Shown here one piece after another: positions 1-9,919 of a stretch of 64,000 nt of DNA. A program made the position numbers and the translations under genes. The notes under the pieces are model-generated. The model was not told the origin of the DNA. It did no database searches and saw only the letters and a program-made list of their open reading frames with translations. Position 1 is the stretch's first letter. The number at the start of each line of letters is the position of its first letter. The stretch comes from an uncultured Verrucomicrobiae bacterium (GTDB lineage Bacteria; Verrucomicrobiota; Verrucomicrobiia; Chthoniobacterales; UBA10450), in the NCBI GenBank assembly GCA_963719605.1, contig CAVRCO010000007.1, positions 42,844 through 106,843 of the forward strand, written 5' to 3'.

Positions 1-1364
1 TAATCGGAGCGTGGTACGAATTTTTTCCGCGCTCGGCTGAAGGCCGGGGCGATCGCGGATCGACGTTTCGTGATTGTTTACCTCGGGTGGACGACGCAAA
101 GGCAATGGGTTTCGACGTCATTTATTTCCCGCCGATTCATCCCATCGGTCACACGAATCGCAAAGGCCGGAACAACTCGATCACGTGCGAGCCGGGCGAT
201 CCTGGCGTTCCATGGGCGATCGGCAGCGAGGCTGGCGGACACAAGGCAGTCGAGCCTGCACTCGGGACGCTGGAAGATTTTGATTGGCTGCAGAAAGAGG
301 TGCGAAAGCGGGGAATGGAAATTGCCCTCGATTTCGCAATCAATTGTTCGCCCGATCATCCTTACGTCAAGGAGCATCCCGATTGGTTCTACAAACGCCC
401 CGACGGCACGATCAAATACGCGGAGAACCCGCCGAAAAAGTACGAAGATATTTATCCATTGAATTTTCGCTGCGAAGACTGGCGCGACCTGTGGGCGGAG
501 ATGAAGAGCATCGTCTTATTTTGGGCCGAGCGTGGGGTACGCATCTTTCGTGTGGACAATCCACACACCAAACCAGTCGCTTTCTGGGAGTATTTGATCA
601 AAGGCGTGCGCGAGAAATATCCCGACACAATTTTTCTTTCCGAAGCGTTCACGAGGCCAAAGATGATGAAGGCGCTGGCCAAAGCCGGTTTCAACCAGAG
701 TTATACGTATTTCACCTGGCGAAATTCGAAGCGAGAGTTCATTGAATATTTCACGGAGCTGACTCAAACCGAAATGAGCGAATATTTTCGCCCAAACCTT
801 TGGCCAAACACGCCCGATATCCTGCCGTTTGTGCTTCAGGATGGCGGGCGGCCCGCATTCATGATTCGGGTTGCACTGGCCGCGACGCTTTCGCCTCTTT
901 ACGGTATCTACAGCGGATACGAGCTATGCGAGAACGAAGCATTGCCGGGCCGCGAGGAGTATCTCGACTCAGAAAAATATCACTACAAGGAGCGCGATTG
1001 GAATGCGCCGGGAAACATCAAGGACTGGATCGCGCGACTAAACAAAATCCGAAGGGAAAACCGCGCCCTTCAGCTTTACACGAACTTGCGGTTCCACGAC
1101 GCCGAGAACGATGCCATTCTGTTTTACAGCAAGATGACCGCCGCGCGCGATAACATCATTCTCGTCGTAGTGAATCTTGATGCGCATCGCAAACAAAATT
1201 CATTTGTTTATGTTCCGATTGAGAACTTCGGGCAAATGGAGAGCGACGTGTATCAGGTGCAGGATTTGCTGAGTAGCACGACTTACACGTGGCGTGGCCG
1301 CCGCAATTACGTGGAGCTCGATCCCGACATTCAACCGGCGCATATTTTCCTGGTTCGCCGCTGA
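1..1364 (+). CDS. glgE: alpha-1,4-glucan:maltose-1-phosphate maltosyltransferase GlgE, 5' end cut by window edge
   Basis: Frame is open from base 3 (IGAWYEFFPRS...) to TGA at 1362-1364. GH13/GlgE-type motifs are present: DVIYFPPIHPIG, IALDFAINCSPDHPY, RIFRVDNPHTKP. Confidence 0.85.
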   Translation, partial: IGAWYEFFPRSAEGRGDRGSTFRDCLPRVDDAKAMGFDVIYFPPIHPIGHTNRKGRNNSITCEPGDPGVPWAIGSEAGGHKAVEPALGTLEDFDWLQKEVRKRGMEIALDFAINCSPDHPYVKEHPDWFYKRPDGTIKYAENPPKKYEDIYPLNFRCEDWRDLWAEMKSIVLFWAERGVRIFRVDNPHTKPVAFWEYLIKGVREKYPDTIFLSEAFTRPKMMKALAKAGFNQSYTYFTWRNSKREFIEYFTELTQTEMSEYFRPNLWPNTPDILPFVLQDGGRPAFMIRVALAATLSPLYGIYSGYELCENEALPGREEYLDSEKYHYKERDWNAPGNIKDWIARLNKIRRENRALQLYTNLRFHDAENDAILFYSKMTAARDNIILVVVNLDAHRKQNSFVYVPIENFGQMESDVYQVQDLLSSTTYTWRGRRNYVELDPDIQPAHIFLVRR

Positions 1365-1473
1365 GCTTTGGTTTGCCGTGTCTCGCAACTTGGAGAGCTG
1401 GCGTGTGTTTGATCCCCTGGTGCGAGCATTTGCATCCGGTAATCGCCCTGCATATCATTACGAAATTTCTGGA

Positions 1474-2241
1474 ATGAAGATTAGGGTCCTTCTGTTTGCC
1501 GCGCTGGCGAGCGCGTCTCCTGTGATTGCACAGGAAGCCACAGCCACACCGCCTCTGGTGCCTGAGCGGTCACAGACCATTCTGGAGACGCTCCTCAAAG
1601 CCGGACCCGTAATGATTCCGCTGGTTTTGCTGTCGATCTTTTTTGTTATGCTCGTCGTGGTTTACTTGATGACAATCCGCCGTGGCGCGGTGGTTTCGAG
1701 CGGTTACATGGCAACGGCAGACGCACTTTTGCGTAAACGCGATTACCTGGGTCTACTCGCCGTTTCCAATCGGCACGGAGAAGCAATCGCGCGGGTCGTG
1801 CAGAAAGTGCTCGATTTCACGACCAAAAATCCGAACGCCGATCTTCAGCTAGTTCGTGAAATCGCAGAGACGGAGGGGACCCGAGTCGCAGCCAATCTGA
1901 ATAATCGTGTCATTTACCTCGCGGATATTGGAATGATTGCGCCGCTGCTGGGCCTGCTTGGCACTGTATTTGGAATTATTCATTCCTTTGGCGCGTTGGG
2001 AGCCGACATCGGTTCCGCGCGTTACGTGGCATTGTCGCGCGGGATCAGCGAGGCATTGGTGAACACGTCTGCCGGACTAGCCATCGGCATTCCAGCGATG
2101 ATTTTCTATGCGTTCTTTCGCGGCAGAGCACAAAAGTTGATCTCGGAATTGGAAGCTGCTTCGACGCACGTTTTGGCCTTGCTTTCCTTGCAGTACGGCA
2201 GGCCCCAGCGAACTCCCGTGCTGATCGAGGAAGAACTGTAA
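1474..2241 (+). CDS. exbB: MotA/TolQ/ExbB family proton-channel protein
   Basis: Start placed at ATG 1474 (MKIRVLLFAALASASPVIAQ). TM helices and the C-terminal MotA_ExbB signature are present (PLLGLLGTVFGIIHSF ... ALVNTSAGLAIGIPAMIFY). Confidence 0.85.
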   Translation: MKIRVLLFAALASASPVIAQEATATPPLVPERSQTILETLLKAGPVMIPLVLLSIFFVMLVVVYLMTIRRGAVVSSGYMATADALLRKRDYLGLLAVSNRHGEAIARVVQKVLDFTTKNPNADLQLVREIAETEGTRVAANLNNRVIYLADIGMIAPLLGLLGTVFGIIHSFGALGADIGSARYVALSRGISEALVNTSAGLAIGIPAMIFYAFFRGRAQKLISELEAASTHVLALLSLQYGRPQRTPVLIEEEL

Positions 2242-2255
2242 AGCTGTTTATTCCA

Positions 2256-2663
2256 ATGAATCTGCGTGGTCACGCGCCTCTGCATCATCCAGGCATTCAA
2301 CTGGCACCGCTCGTTGATGTGCTATTGCTCTTGCTGATTTTCTTCCTGCTGACGTGGAACGCAGCGCGGACCGAGAATGAGCTCGATGTTAAGGTGCCGA
2401 AAGCATCGGCTGCCAAAGAGAAAAGTGCGCCAATTGGGGACGTGGTTGTTAATGTAAAGGCAGACGGCAATGTAGTGGTGAACCGCCGCACCTTGAGTGG
2501 CGCTGAACTGAGCGAATTGTTGAAAAGCCTGGTCCAATTAAACTCCGAGCAAGCCGTAGTGATCCGAGGCGATGAAGCTGGTGCCTACAAGAACATCATC
2601 GGCGTGTTAAACATTTGCACCGAGGCAGGGGTAACCAACGTAGCTTTCGCGACAGCAAAATGA
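2256..2663 (+). CDS. exbD: ExbD/TolR biopolymer transport protein
   Basis: 135 aa with a single N-terminal TM (LAPLVDVLLLLLIFFL) and an ExbD-type periplasmic domain. Its stop overlaps the next start (ATGA at 2660-2663). Confidence 0.85.
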   Translation: MNLRGHAPLHHPGIQLAPLVDVLLLLLIFFLLTWNAARTENELDVKVPKASAAKEKSAPIGDVVVNVKADGNVVVNRRTLSGAELSELLKSLVQLNSEQAVVIRGDEAGAYKNIIGVLNICTEAGVTNVAFATAK

Positions 2664-4387
2664 AAACGAGGCGCTGTGCAGCCAGCCTCCTGGGACTGGC
2701 GATGCTGCTATTGACGGCGGGCATCGCCATTGCTCAATCGGAGCCGGAAGTTCGCCGGGCGCGTCCCGTCGATGAACCGCCCGTTCCGCGCGCTCTCCCT
2801 GCAGATGAATCAATCGACAGGGTTCTCCGCTCTTTAAAGGAGGAGTCTTCAGAGCCATCACAGCATGAAGGCCAGGAGGCAGCTCAGCGTCAGCTCGATT
2901 ACGCGAACGGCCTGTTCACTCGCAAGCTTTACGATCTGGCGGCCCCTGAATATCAAAAGTATCTCGACGATTATCCCGGGCGCGCGGGTCGGGCGAACGC
3001 CTATTTCTCGCTGGCGGAGTGCTATCGAAATCTCAATCGCGCGTCGAGTGCCCGCACAAATTTCCAGAAAGTGCTCAACGACTACGGCGACAGCGAATTT
3101 GCCGGACCCGCGGCGTACGCTCTTGCTGAGATGGCGTTCACTCAGAAAGATTATGCTGCAGCTCTTCCGCTCTTCCACCGTTCTGCTGGGAAATCAAAGG
3201 AACCGGCGGTGGCGCTTTCCGCGCACTATTTTGAAGCGCGCTGTCTTGAAGCTCTCGGTCGCAAGGAAGAGGCCGCTAATATATATGTGGAGGTTGCAGA
3301 GGCCGGAAATCCGAATCCTTATCGCGAGGACGCACGAATCACAGCAGCATCCATTTTGGCAGCGCGAGGAAGGAAAATCGATGCGTTGAAGCAATACGAA
3401 GCTCTTGCTAACGAATCCCAAAAGCCGGCGTTAAAAGCGGAGTCGGCTGTGCGTGGTGGCATGATCGGGCTCGACCTTGTGCAGGCTGACAAGGGCAAAA
3501 TCGACAAAGCGATGGCGGATAGAACGGAAGCTTTGTTGCGGAAAGGTCGGGCTCTTCCCGAAGCCGGAAAATTCCGCGCGATCGCGCAGGCTGGTCTGCG
3601 CCGTTTGCAATATCAGACCGGCCAATACGCGCAGTTGCTCGCGGAGTACAAAAAGGAGCAGGGGAACCTGCCGGAGGCCGCCCAGGCCGAGGTATTGTTG
3701 CTCGCAGCAAACAGTGAGCGGCAACTTGGTCACTCGAAGGAGGCTGAAGCGCTATATAGCCAGATTATCAAGAAGTATCCGGATCGAGAGGAAGCAAAGG
3801 ATGCTGCCTATCAGCGGTTGATTAACGTGTACAACTCCGATCCGTCAGCGCTGATTTCCGCAGTGGACGAATTTCTTGCGACAAATCCGACGAGCGAACG
3901 CGCCGACCAGGCTAAACTGTTAAAGGCCGAAGCACTTTATGAACAGCACAATTGCGCGGAAGCAGTGCCGATTTACGAGGAACTGCGCGCTTCTCAGCTT
4001 TCTGCCAAGTTGCGTACCGAAGCTGCGTACAAATTGGGATTGTGCCACGCGCAGGCAAAAAACATTCCCGGCATCATTGAAGCCTTCACGTATTACGTAC
4101 AGACATTTCCGGATGATCCGCAGGTGCCTGCCGCCCTGGCTCAACGAGCTTTGGCTTACGAACAAGATAAGAACTACGACTGCCGCGGTTGCGGATCTAA
4201 ACACGATCCTCACAAAGTATCCCAAGACGCACGAGCGGGAGGCAGCTTTGCAGTTAAAGGCTTTGATCCTCGGACAGCAGGAAAACGCAAAGGGCATGAT
4301 GGAAACTTTTCGCCAGCTTTTGAGAGAATTCCCAAAGAGTTCAGTTGCAGCGCAGGCTCAGTATTACATTGGCAAGGCTGCGTTTGA
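2660..4387 (+). CDS. secreted TPR-repeat protein, N-terminal part of a gene split by a frameshift
   Basis: ATG 2660 gives a signal peptide (MKTRRCAASLLGLAMLLLTAGIAIAQ) followed by many TPR-like repeats. After about 4180 the translation turns into nonsense (CRGCGSKHDPHK...), while the TPR sequence continues in another frame. Confidence 0.7.
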   Translation: MKTRRCAASLLGLAMLLLTAGIAIAQSEPEVRRARPVDEPPVPRALPADESIDRVLRSLKEESSEPSQHEGQEAAQRQLDYANGLFTRKLYDLAAPEYQKYLDDYPGRAGRANAYFSLAECYRNLNRASSARTNFQKVLNDYGDSEFAGPAAYALAEMAFTQKDYAAALPLFHRSAGKSKEPAVALSAHYFEARCLEALGRKEEAANIYVEVAEAGNPNPYREDARITAASILAARGRKIDALKQYEALANESQKPALKAESAVRGGMIGLDLVQADKGKIDKAMADRTEALLRKGRALPEAGKFRAIAQAGLRRLQYQTGQYAQLLAEYKKEQGNLPEAAQAEVLLLAANSERQLGHSKEAEALYSQIIKKYPDREEAKDAAYQRLINVYNSDPSALISAVDEFLATNPTSERADQAKLLKAEALYEQHNCAEAVPIYEELRASQLSAKLRTEAAYKLGLCHAQAKNIPGIIEAFTYYVQTFPDDPQVPAALAQRALAYEQDKNYDCRGCGSKHDPHKVSQDARAGGSFAVKGFDPRTAGKRKGHDGNFSPAFERIPKEFSCSAGSVLHWQGCV

Positions 4388-5126
4388 ATCAAAGGATTAC
4401 AAGACAGCGTTGACGGCGCTCAACGCAGCCCGCCAACTGAATAAGGATCAGTACTACAACCTCGCGTCGCTCCGGATCATGCTATGCCAATTTTATTTGA
4501 AGGATCGGGTTGCGCTCACGAAAGAAGTGAACAGTTTCATGGCCAACAGCCCGAATACAAATGTTCCGCCGGAAGTTCTGGAGTGGCTCGGAATCGGATA
4601 TTATAACGAGAAAAATTTTCAGGCTGCGGAAAAATACCTGAGCGCGCTTCGCAAGATCGATAATCTTGGCAGCGTTAAGCCCGATTTCTTGTTTTATCTC
4701 GGAGACACAGCCACCAAGCTGAAGAATCTGCCCGAAGCCGAGGACGCGTTCGGTAAATATCTGCAGACAGCGAACGATCCGGCCGGAAAGGCGAAGGTGT
4801 TGCTCGCGCTCGGCGCGGTCAAGATCAGCGCTCATAAGCCGGACGAGGCTCAGAAAATTGCTGAAGAGATCATGACGCTGCAGCCCGAGGGACGCGTAAA
4901 TGCAGAAGCGCGTTTGCTCGCAGGAGAGGTGCAATTGGAACGCGGAAATTTCGACGACGCTGGCAAAGCTTTTAAGGGAGTCGCTTTGCTTTACGATGAT
5001 CCGGCCATCACTCCGCGCGCGCTGGACAAGGCGGCGCTGGCGTATCGGCAAGCAGGCAAAACCGAGGAAGCAGACCGGCTGTCGCACGAGCTACGCGAGC
5101 GATATCCGAATTACGCCGGCGGATAA
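4182..5126 (+). CDS. TPR-repeat protein, C-terminal continuation of the 2660 gene in the +1 frame
   Basis: The frame of ORF 3939..5126 reads AAVADLNTILTKYPKTHEREAALQLKAL... This continues the TPR ...ALAYEQDKNYD of the upstream frame exactly if t4181 is removed. Confidence 0.7.
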   Translation, partial: AAVADLNTILTKYPKTHEREAALQLKALILGQQENAKGMMETFRQLLREFPKSSVAAQAQYYIGKAAFESKDYKTALTALNAARQLNKDQYYNLASLRIMLCQFYLKDRVALTKEVNSFMANSPNTNVPPEVLEWLGIGYYNEKNFQAAEKYLSALRKIDNLGSVKPDFLFYLGDTATKLKNLPEAEDAFGKYLQTANDPAGKAKVLLALGAVKISAHKPDEAQKIAEEIMTLQPEGRVNAEARLLAGEVQLERGNFDDAGKAFKGVALLYDDPAITPRALDKAALAYRQAGKTEEADRLSHELRERYPNYAGG

Positions 5127-5162
5127 TTATCCAAGGAGTGACGTCTCCCACTCGTTAGCGCC

Positions 5163-6188
5163 CTATTTGGAAATAGTCGCGATACCCCACGGACCGTCGC
5201 CGACTTTGATGCGGCGCAATTCTTTGCGCGATTTTACATCGACGACTGAGACATCGTTCGATGCGCCATTCGCGGTGTAGAGTTTCGATCCACTCGGGTC
5301 GAGTGCGATTCCCCAGGCGCGGTTTCCCACGGGAATGGTTGTTGCTACTGCGTTCTTTTCAGTATCGACAACCACAACCGTGTTTCCGCGGCCCGTTGAC
5401 ACATAAAGCTCTTTTCCATCCTTAGCCATTGCGGTGCCCATCGGCAGCGAGCCTGTTGGCAATTGGATTTTTGACGACAATTTGTGCGACGCCGCATCGA
5501 TAACGGCAACATAACCGCCATTCTCGCAAGCGACGTATGCCCGCGAGCCATCGGATAAGAATGCAATCGATCGCGGCCGTCCGCCTGTTTCAATCGTTGC
5601 GACTACGCGCTGTTGATCGGGATCGATCGCGAACACCTCGCCTTTCTCTTCGCAGGTGACATAGACTTCGCCGTTCCGCGGATTGACACCAACGCCTTCC
5701 GGTTCCTCGGAGACTTTCACTTTTCCGCGAGACTGCCCGGAGTCGAGATCAACAATCACTGCGCTCGCGTCGTCTTCATTTGCAATAAAAGCGAATCTTC
5801 CATCCTTGCTTATTGCGAATTGCTCCGGGTCCGACCCGACATGCCAGCGATCAATCAGCCTGCGCTCCACTGGATCGATTACGCCAAGGCCGTCGGCAGC
5901 TTTGTCCGCCGGCGCGCGAGTTTCATCCAGGCCGGGCGCCATTCGCGGCGAACCGGTCAACGTCACAAAGAGTCGTTTGCCATCTGGAGTAGCGTGAATC
6001 CCGCGCGGTCTTTTGCCTGCCTTGAAGGTCGCGACGACGGAGTCTGTCGCGCCATCGATCACGCTGATGTCTCCAGAGCGTTCATTGCTGACATACACGA
6101 AGTAGTCTGCCGATTCAGCGCGCACAACGAGTGCGCCCAGGAGAAAGACGCAAAGAATAAATTGGGCATTCACGCGTGACGCGTACAT
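5163..6188 (-). CDS. secreted YVTN-family beta-propeller repeat protein
   Basis: Signal peptide MYASRVNAQFILCVFLLGALVVRAES. Repeated ~40-aa units of the type G.RPRGI..SPDGKRLYV.....VSVID are present. Confidence 0.75.
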   Translation of the reverse strand: MYASRVNAQFILCVFLLGALVVRAESADYFVYVSNERSGDISVIDGATDSVVATFKAGKRPRGIHATPDGKRLFVTLTGSPRMAPGLDETRAPADKAADGLGVIDPVERRLIDRWHVGSDPEQFAISKDGRFAFIANEDDASAVIVDLDSGQSRGKVKVSEEPEGVGVNPRNGEVYVTCEEKGEVFAIDPDQQRVVATIETGGRPRSIAFLSDGSRAYVACENGGYVAVIDAASHKLSSKIQLPTGSLPMGTAMAKDGKELYVSTGRGNTVVVVDTEKNAVATTIPVGNRAWGIALDPSGSKLYTANGASNDVSVVDVKSRKELRRIKVGDGPWGIATISK

Positions 6189-6295
6189 CTCAATGCCACG
6201 CCAATCAAGTTATCCGCAACTTTTTGATCGTTGAATGTTGGGGCCTTCTGCGGCCGTAGGCTTGCCGAACGCGCGTTGCGCGTTGAACGTTTGGC

Positions 6296-7366
6296 GTGAT
6301 TCCGCACGACAAACTTTTCATTCCGGGTCCCGTTGAAGTATCGGAGAAAACCTGGGCCGCATTCTCGCGTCCGATGATTGGGCATCGCGGCGAAGATTTT
6401 AAGAATCTTTACCGAGCGATTCACCCGGGCCTTCAGACTCTCTTCGGAACAAAGCAGCCAGTGTTCCTTTCCACGTCTTCGGCATGGGGCGTGATGGAAG
6501 CATCCATCCGGAACCTGGTCGACCGCGGAGTGCTTTGCTGCATGTGCGGCGCGTTCTCGGACAAATGGTTCGATGTTGCAAAGCGCTGCGGAAAAAACGC
6601 TGAACCGCTCCAGGTCGATTGGGGAAAACATATCGATCAGAAGGCGATCGATAAGCAACTGTCCACGGGAAAGTTCGATACTGTCACTCTCGTCCACAAC
6701 GAGACTTCAACAGGCGTGATGAATCCGCTCCCGGAAATCTGCTGTACTCTCGCCAAATATCCGGATGTGGCACTCGTCCTCGATACCGTTTCCTCATTCT
6801 CGGCAGTCAAGATCGACATGGACGCGCTCGGCATCGACGTGATGCTTACGGGTGCGCAAAAAGCGTTGGCGTTACCGCCAGGTTTTTCATTGTTCTCCGT
6901 TTCGGAGAAAGCATTTGCTCGAGCAGAAAGAATTCCGAACCGTGGCTTTTACTTTGATTTTCTCGAGTTCAAGAAGCAACAAGCAGAATGGATGACGCCG
7001 AGCACGCCCAGCATCGGTCACATGCACGCGCTGGAATCGAAGTTGGAGGAAATCTTCGAGGAGGGCTTGGTTGCGCGCTTTGTTCGTCATGTACGCACCA
7101 ACGCTCTGGTGCATGATTGGGTCCGCCGGACTGGCTTCGAATTCTTCGCTGAGGAAGGATTCCGCTCAAAGACGCTCACCTGCGTCAAGAACAACAAGGG
7201 GATAGATGTCCTGGAGTTGGCGAGGAAACTTCGTGAAAAACGTCATCTCGTCATCGACCCCGGGTATGGCAAAATTCGAGGTAAAACCTTTCGCCTTTCC
7301 AACATGGGCGACGAAAACGAAGAAACTGTCGCGCATCTGCTCGGCTGTCTGGATGCTGTTCTGTAG
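6296..7366 (+). CDS. class V aminotransferase (alanine-glyoxylate/serine-pyruvate aminotransferase family)
   Basis: GTG start. FIPGPVEVSEKT at the N-terminus, HNETSTGV, and TGAQKALALPPG (PLP-lysine region) are typical of AGAT/PSAT-like class V enzymes. Confidence 0.8.
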   Translation: MIPHDKLFIPGPVEVSEKTWAAFSRPMIGHRGEDFKNLYRAIHPGLQTLFGTKQPVFLSTSSAWGVMEASIRNLVDRGVLCCMCGAFSDKWFDVAKRCGKNAEPLQVDWGKHIDQKAIDKQLSTGKFDTVTLVHNETSTGVMNPLPEICCTLAKYPDVALVLDTVSSFSAVKIDMDALGIDVMLTGAQKALALPPGFSLFSVSEKAFARAERIPNRGFYFDFLEFKKQQAEWMTPSTPSIGHMHALESKLEEIFEEGLVARFVRHVRTNALVHDWVRRTGFEFFAEEGFRSKTLTCVKNNKGIDVLELARKLREKRHLVIDPGYGKIRGKTFRLSNMGDENEETVAHLLGCLDAVL

Positions 7367-7449
7367 TCGCAAACACAAATCGGCCACGTTTCCTGGACGC
7401 AAACGCATTTGCGTTGGTCGTCGTCGAGCAAGTGGACAAGTTATCAAAC

Positions 7450-8184
7450 ATGAACATTGGGCCGCTGATCGTGATTTTTCCTCTCACACTCTTTTTCTTT
7501 AATCCGCTGCCATCAGTTTGCGGAGATCCGGTGCCGATAACGCAGGAGGAACTCATTCGCCGGACCCAGGAGCTTTTCGACGCCGTGGTACCAGGCAACA
7601 AGGAACCGTGGCAAAAATACTTCGCTGACGATTGCATCTTCGCCGATGAAAAAGGCCGCAACCTAAACAAGGCGCAGCTAATTACCGATATCACGCCACT
7701 GCCGAAAGGTTATTCGGGCACGATCAAGGTCGCGAAGCCCCAAATCCTCATTCACGGTGACACCGCCATTTTAAGTTACGATCTTGACGAAACCGAAACG
7801 ATCTTTGGCCAGAAGCTCACAGCTCGTTATCACGTAACTGATACATGGCTGCAACGCAACGGCAGTTGGCAAATCGTCTCCAGCCAGGCAATGCGTTACT
7901 ATGAAGATCCCGCTGTTGCCAGGATCGAGCCGAAAAAATTCGCCGATTTCAGCGGCACCTACGAACTGGCGCCCGGTCAGACCAGACGGGTTTTTTCTGA
8001 AGGTGAAAGCTTATATGTCGAACGTAATGGGAAACGCGAACAACTTCTCGCTGAGGGATCCGAAATCTTTTTCCGCAAAGGCGTCGAAGGTCGTATCCTA
8101 TTTCGCTACGCGGAGAATGGAAAAGTGGACGCGCTCGTCGACCGGCGAAACAACGAAGATGTTGTCTGGCGCAGAGTGAATTAA
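7450..8184 (+). CDS. secreted NTF2-like (DUF4440/SnoaL-like) protein with an extra C-terminal beta domain
   Basis: ATG 7450 gives a hydrophobic leader (MNIGPLIVIFPLTLFFF). DUF4440-like core: GDTAILSYDLDETETIFGQKLTARYHVTDTWLQRNGSWQIVSSQA. Confidence 0.65.
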   Translation: MNIGPLIVIFPLTLFFFNPLPSVCGDPVPITQEELIRRTQELFDAVVPGNKEPWQKYFADDCIFADEKGRNLNKAQLITDITPLPKGYSGTIKVAKPQILIHGDTAILSYDLDETETIFGQKLTARYHVTDTWLQRNGSWQIVSSQAMRYYEDPAVARIEPKKFADFSGTYELAPGQTRRVFSEGESLYVERNGKREQLLAEGSEIFFRKGVEGRILFRYAENGKVDALVDRRNNEDVVWRRVN

Positions 8185-8278
8185 GTTCGAGGGATAACAA
8201 AAAGCCTGCTGCACAGCGCGCTAGTTTTCCTAAGGCGAATCGCGGGTAACGTTTTTACTTGGAAGATTCCCACCAGTT

Positions 8279-9304
8279 ATGCCAATGATTGAAACTTCAG
8301 GTCTGACCAAGGTTTATCGCACCTACCGGAAGGAGCGTGGACTTTGGGGATCAATCAAAGGCCTGGTCAAACGGCGTTACGATGAAACGCGCGCGGCCGA
8401 CCACGTTTCGTTTAACATTGAAGAAGGCGAATTCGTTGGTTTTCTCGGCCCGAACGGAGCGGGCAAAACCACAGTGCTCAAGATGCTTTCAGGGCTGTTG
8501 AATCCAACCTCCGGCGATGCGCGCGTGCTCGGCTTTGTTCCATGGGAACGACGAAACGAGATGAAAAGGCAATTCAGCCTGCTCATGGGACAAAAGAATG
8601 CGCTCTGGTGGGATTTGCCCGCGCAAGAATCCCTCGAACTCAATCGCGCCATCTATGGGATCGACCATGTGCGGTTCAAAAAGGTCGTGGACGGATTATC
8701 GGAACTCCTGGAAGTGCAGGACAAAATGAACGTGATGGTCCGTGAGCTCTCGTTAGGCGAACGGATGAAAATGGAGCTGATCTCCGCACTCATTCACGAG
8801 CCGCGCGTGCTTTTTCTCGACGAACCAACGATCGGCCTGGATGTGGTCAGTCAAAAAAGGGTCCGGGAATTTCTGCGTCTTTACAATGAGGAACATCGTA
8901 TCGTCACTTTGCTGACCAGTCATTACATGCAGGACATCCAGGAGTTGTGTCATCGGGTCCTGGTGATCGATCACGGTAAAATCTTTTTCGACGGGCCGTT
9001 GGATGAAATCGTTGATCGGTTTTCAGGATACAAAATTCTGAGTCTCACTTTCGAAAAAGAGGCGACGCGCGATCTTTCTGCCTTCGGTGAAGTGACGGAA
9101 CAAACTCCGGTATCAGTCCAGTTGAAAGTTCCGCGCGCGAAAGTCACCGAAACCTGCCGTGAACTGCTCGAAGCCTGCGACGTCAGCGACATTAACGTTC
9201 AGGAAGTGCCCGTGGAAGAGGTGATCCGCCAGCTTTTTGGCGAACGACGCGAAAATCATCGCGCCGCTGACCTCGCAGCCACAGCAGCCGCGCAAGCTAC
9301 GTAG
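8279..9304 (+). CDS. ABC transporter ATP-binding protein (ABC-2/COG4586-like), with no permease gene adjacent
   Basis: Walker A GPNGAGKTT, signature LSLGERMK, Walker B VLFLDEPTIGLD and H-loop TSHYM are all present. Confidence 0.85.
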   Translation: MPMIETSGLTKVYRTYRKERGLWGSIKGLVKRRYDETRAADHVSFNIEEGEFVGFLGPNGAGKTTVLKMLSGLLNPTSGDARVLGFVPWERRNEMKRQFSLLMGQKNALWWDLPAQESLELNRAIYGIDHVRFKKVVDGLSELLEVQDKMNVMVRELSLGERMKMELISALIHEPRVLFLDEPTIGLDVVSQKRVREFLRLYNEEHRIVTLLTSHYMQDIQELCHRVLVIDHGKIFFDGPLDEIVDRFSGYKILSLTFEKEATRDLSAFGEVTEQTPVSVQLKVPRAKVTETCRELLEACDVSDINVQEVPVEEVIRQLFGERRENHRAADLAATAAAQAT

Positions 9305-9406
9305 GCTTGTTCGAAGTCCAAACGAAATCGGCGCCGCAATCGAGTAGCCGGCTATGACGTCAGTTGCGGACCAAGGTGAGTAGCGCAAAGTCAAACAGCT
9401 TTCACT

Positions 9407-9853
9407 ATGAGATCATCGGATCGTGTGATCGGGTGCGCCCTGCTTCCTTTGGCCCTTCTCTCGTGTCACCTCAGCCGTGGGCCGAAATCAGCTGAGAAGT
9501 CGAAACAGGAGTTGGTGGCCCTGGAAAATCGGTGGCTACAGGTGGAGGACGATCCTGTGGCTCTGGAAGAGATTCTCGCTCCTGATTTCCTGCACGTTGT
9601 GCCGGGGCAAATCATCACAAAGGACCAACACCTTCAGTTTTTGCGCGAGCATTCTGCGGCTGGCCAACGTCCAGAGAAGCGTTTCGAAGATCTGCATGTA
9701 AGGGTTTACGGTGAAACAGGAATTGTGAATGGCGCCGTGATCGAAACGACTGACCACGGCGAACGCAAGACACTTTTCACAGATGTCTTCGCCTATCGCG
9801 ATGGCAAATGGCAGGCAGTTAGCGCACAGGAGCTGCCTGTAGTCCCTCCATAG
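9407..9853 (+). CDS. NTF2-like (DUF4440) protein, probable lipoprotein
   Basis: Leader MRSSDRVIGCALLPLALLSCHL. DUF4440-type core: VRVYGETGIVNGAVIETTDHGERKTLFTDVFAYRDGKWQAVSAQE. Confidence 0.65.
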   Translation: MRSSDRVIGCALLPLALLSCHLSRGPKSAEKSKQELVALENRWLQVEDDPVALEEILAPDFLHVVPGQIITKDQHLQFLREHSAAGQRPEKRFEDLHVRVYGETGIVNGAVIETTDHGERKTLFTDVFAYRDGKWQAVSAQELPVVPP

Positions 9854-9919
9854 GCTACGCAAGGTCTTGCTCGCGCTTTACTGAGGGCGCGTTAACCATC
9901 AACCCGTAACGCTTAGAGG

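Noticed and set aside
4171-4190. Programmed ribosomal frameshifting at the TPR, rnr and BNR split sites
   Set aside because: None of the three sites has a slippery heptamer, an internal Shine-Dalgarno sequence plus rare-codon arrangement, or a downstream pseudoknot-like structure that I can see. The gene families involved are not known to use frameshifting.
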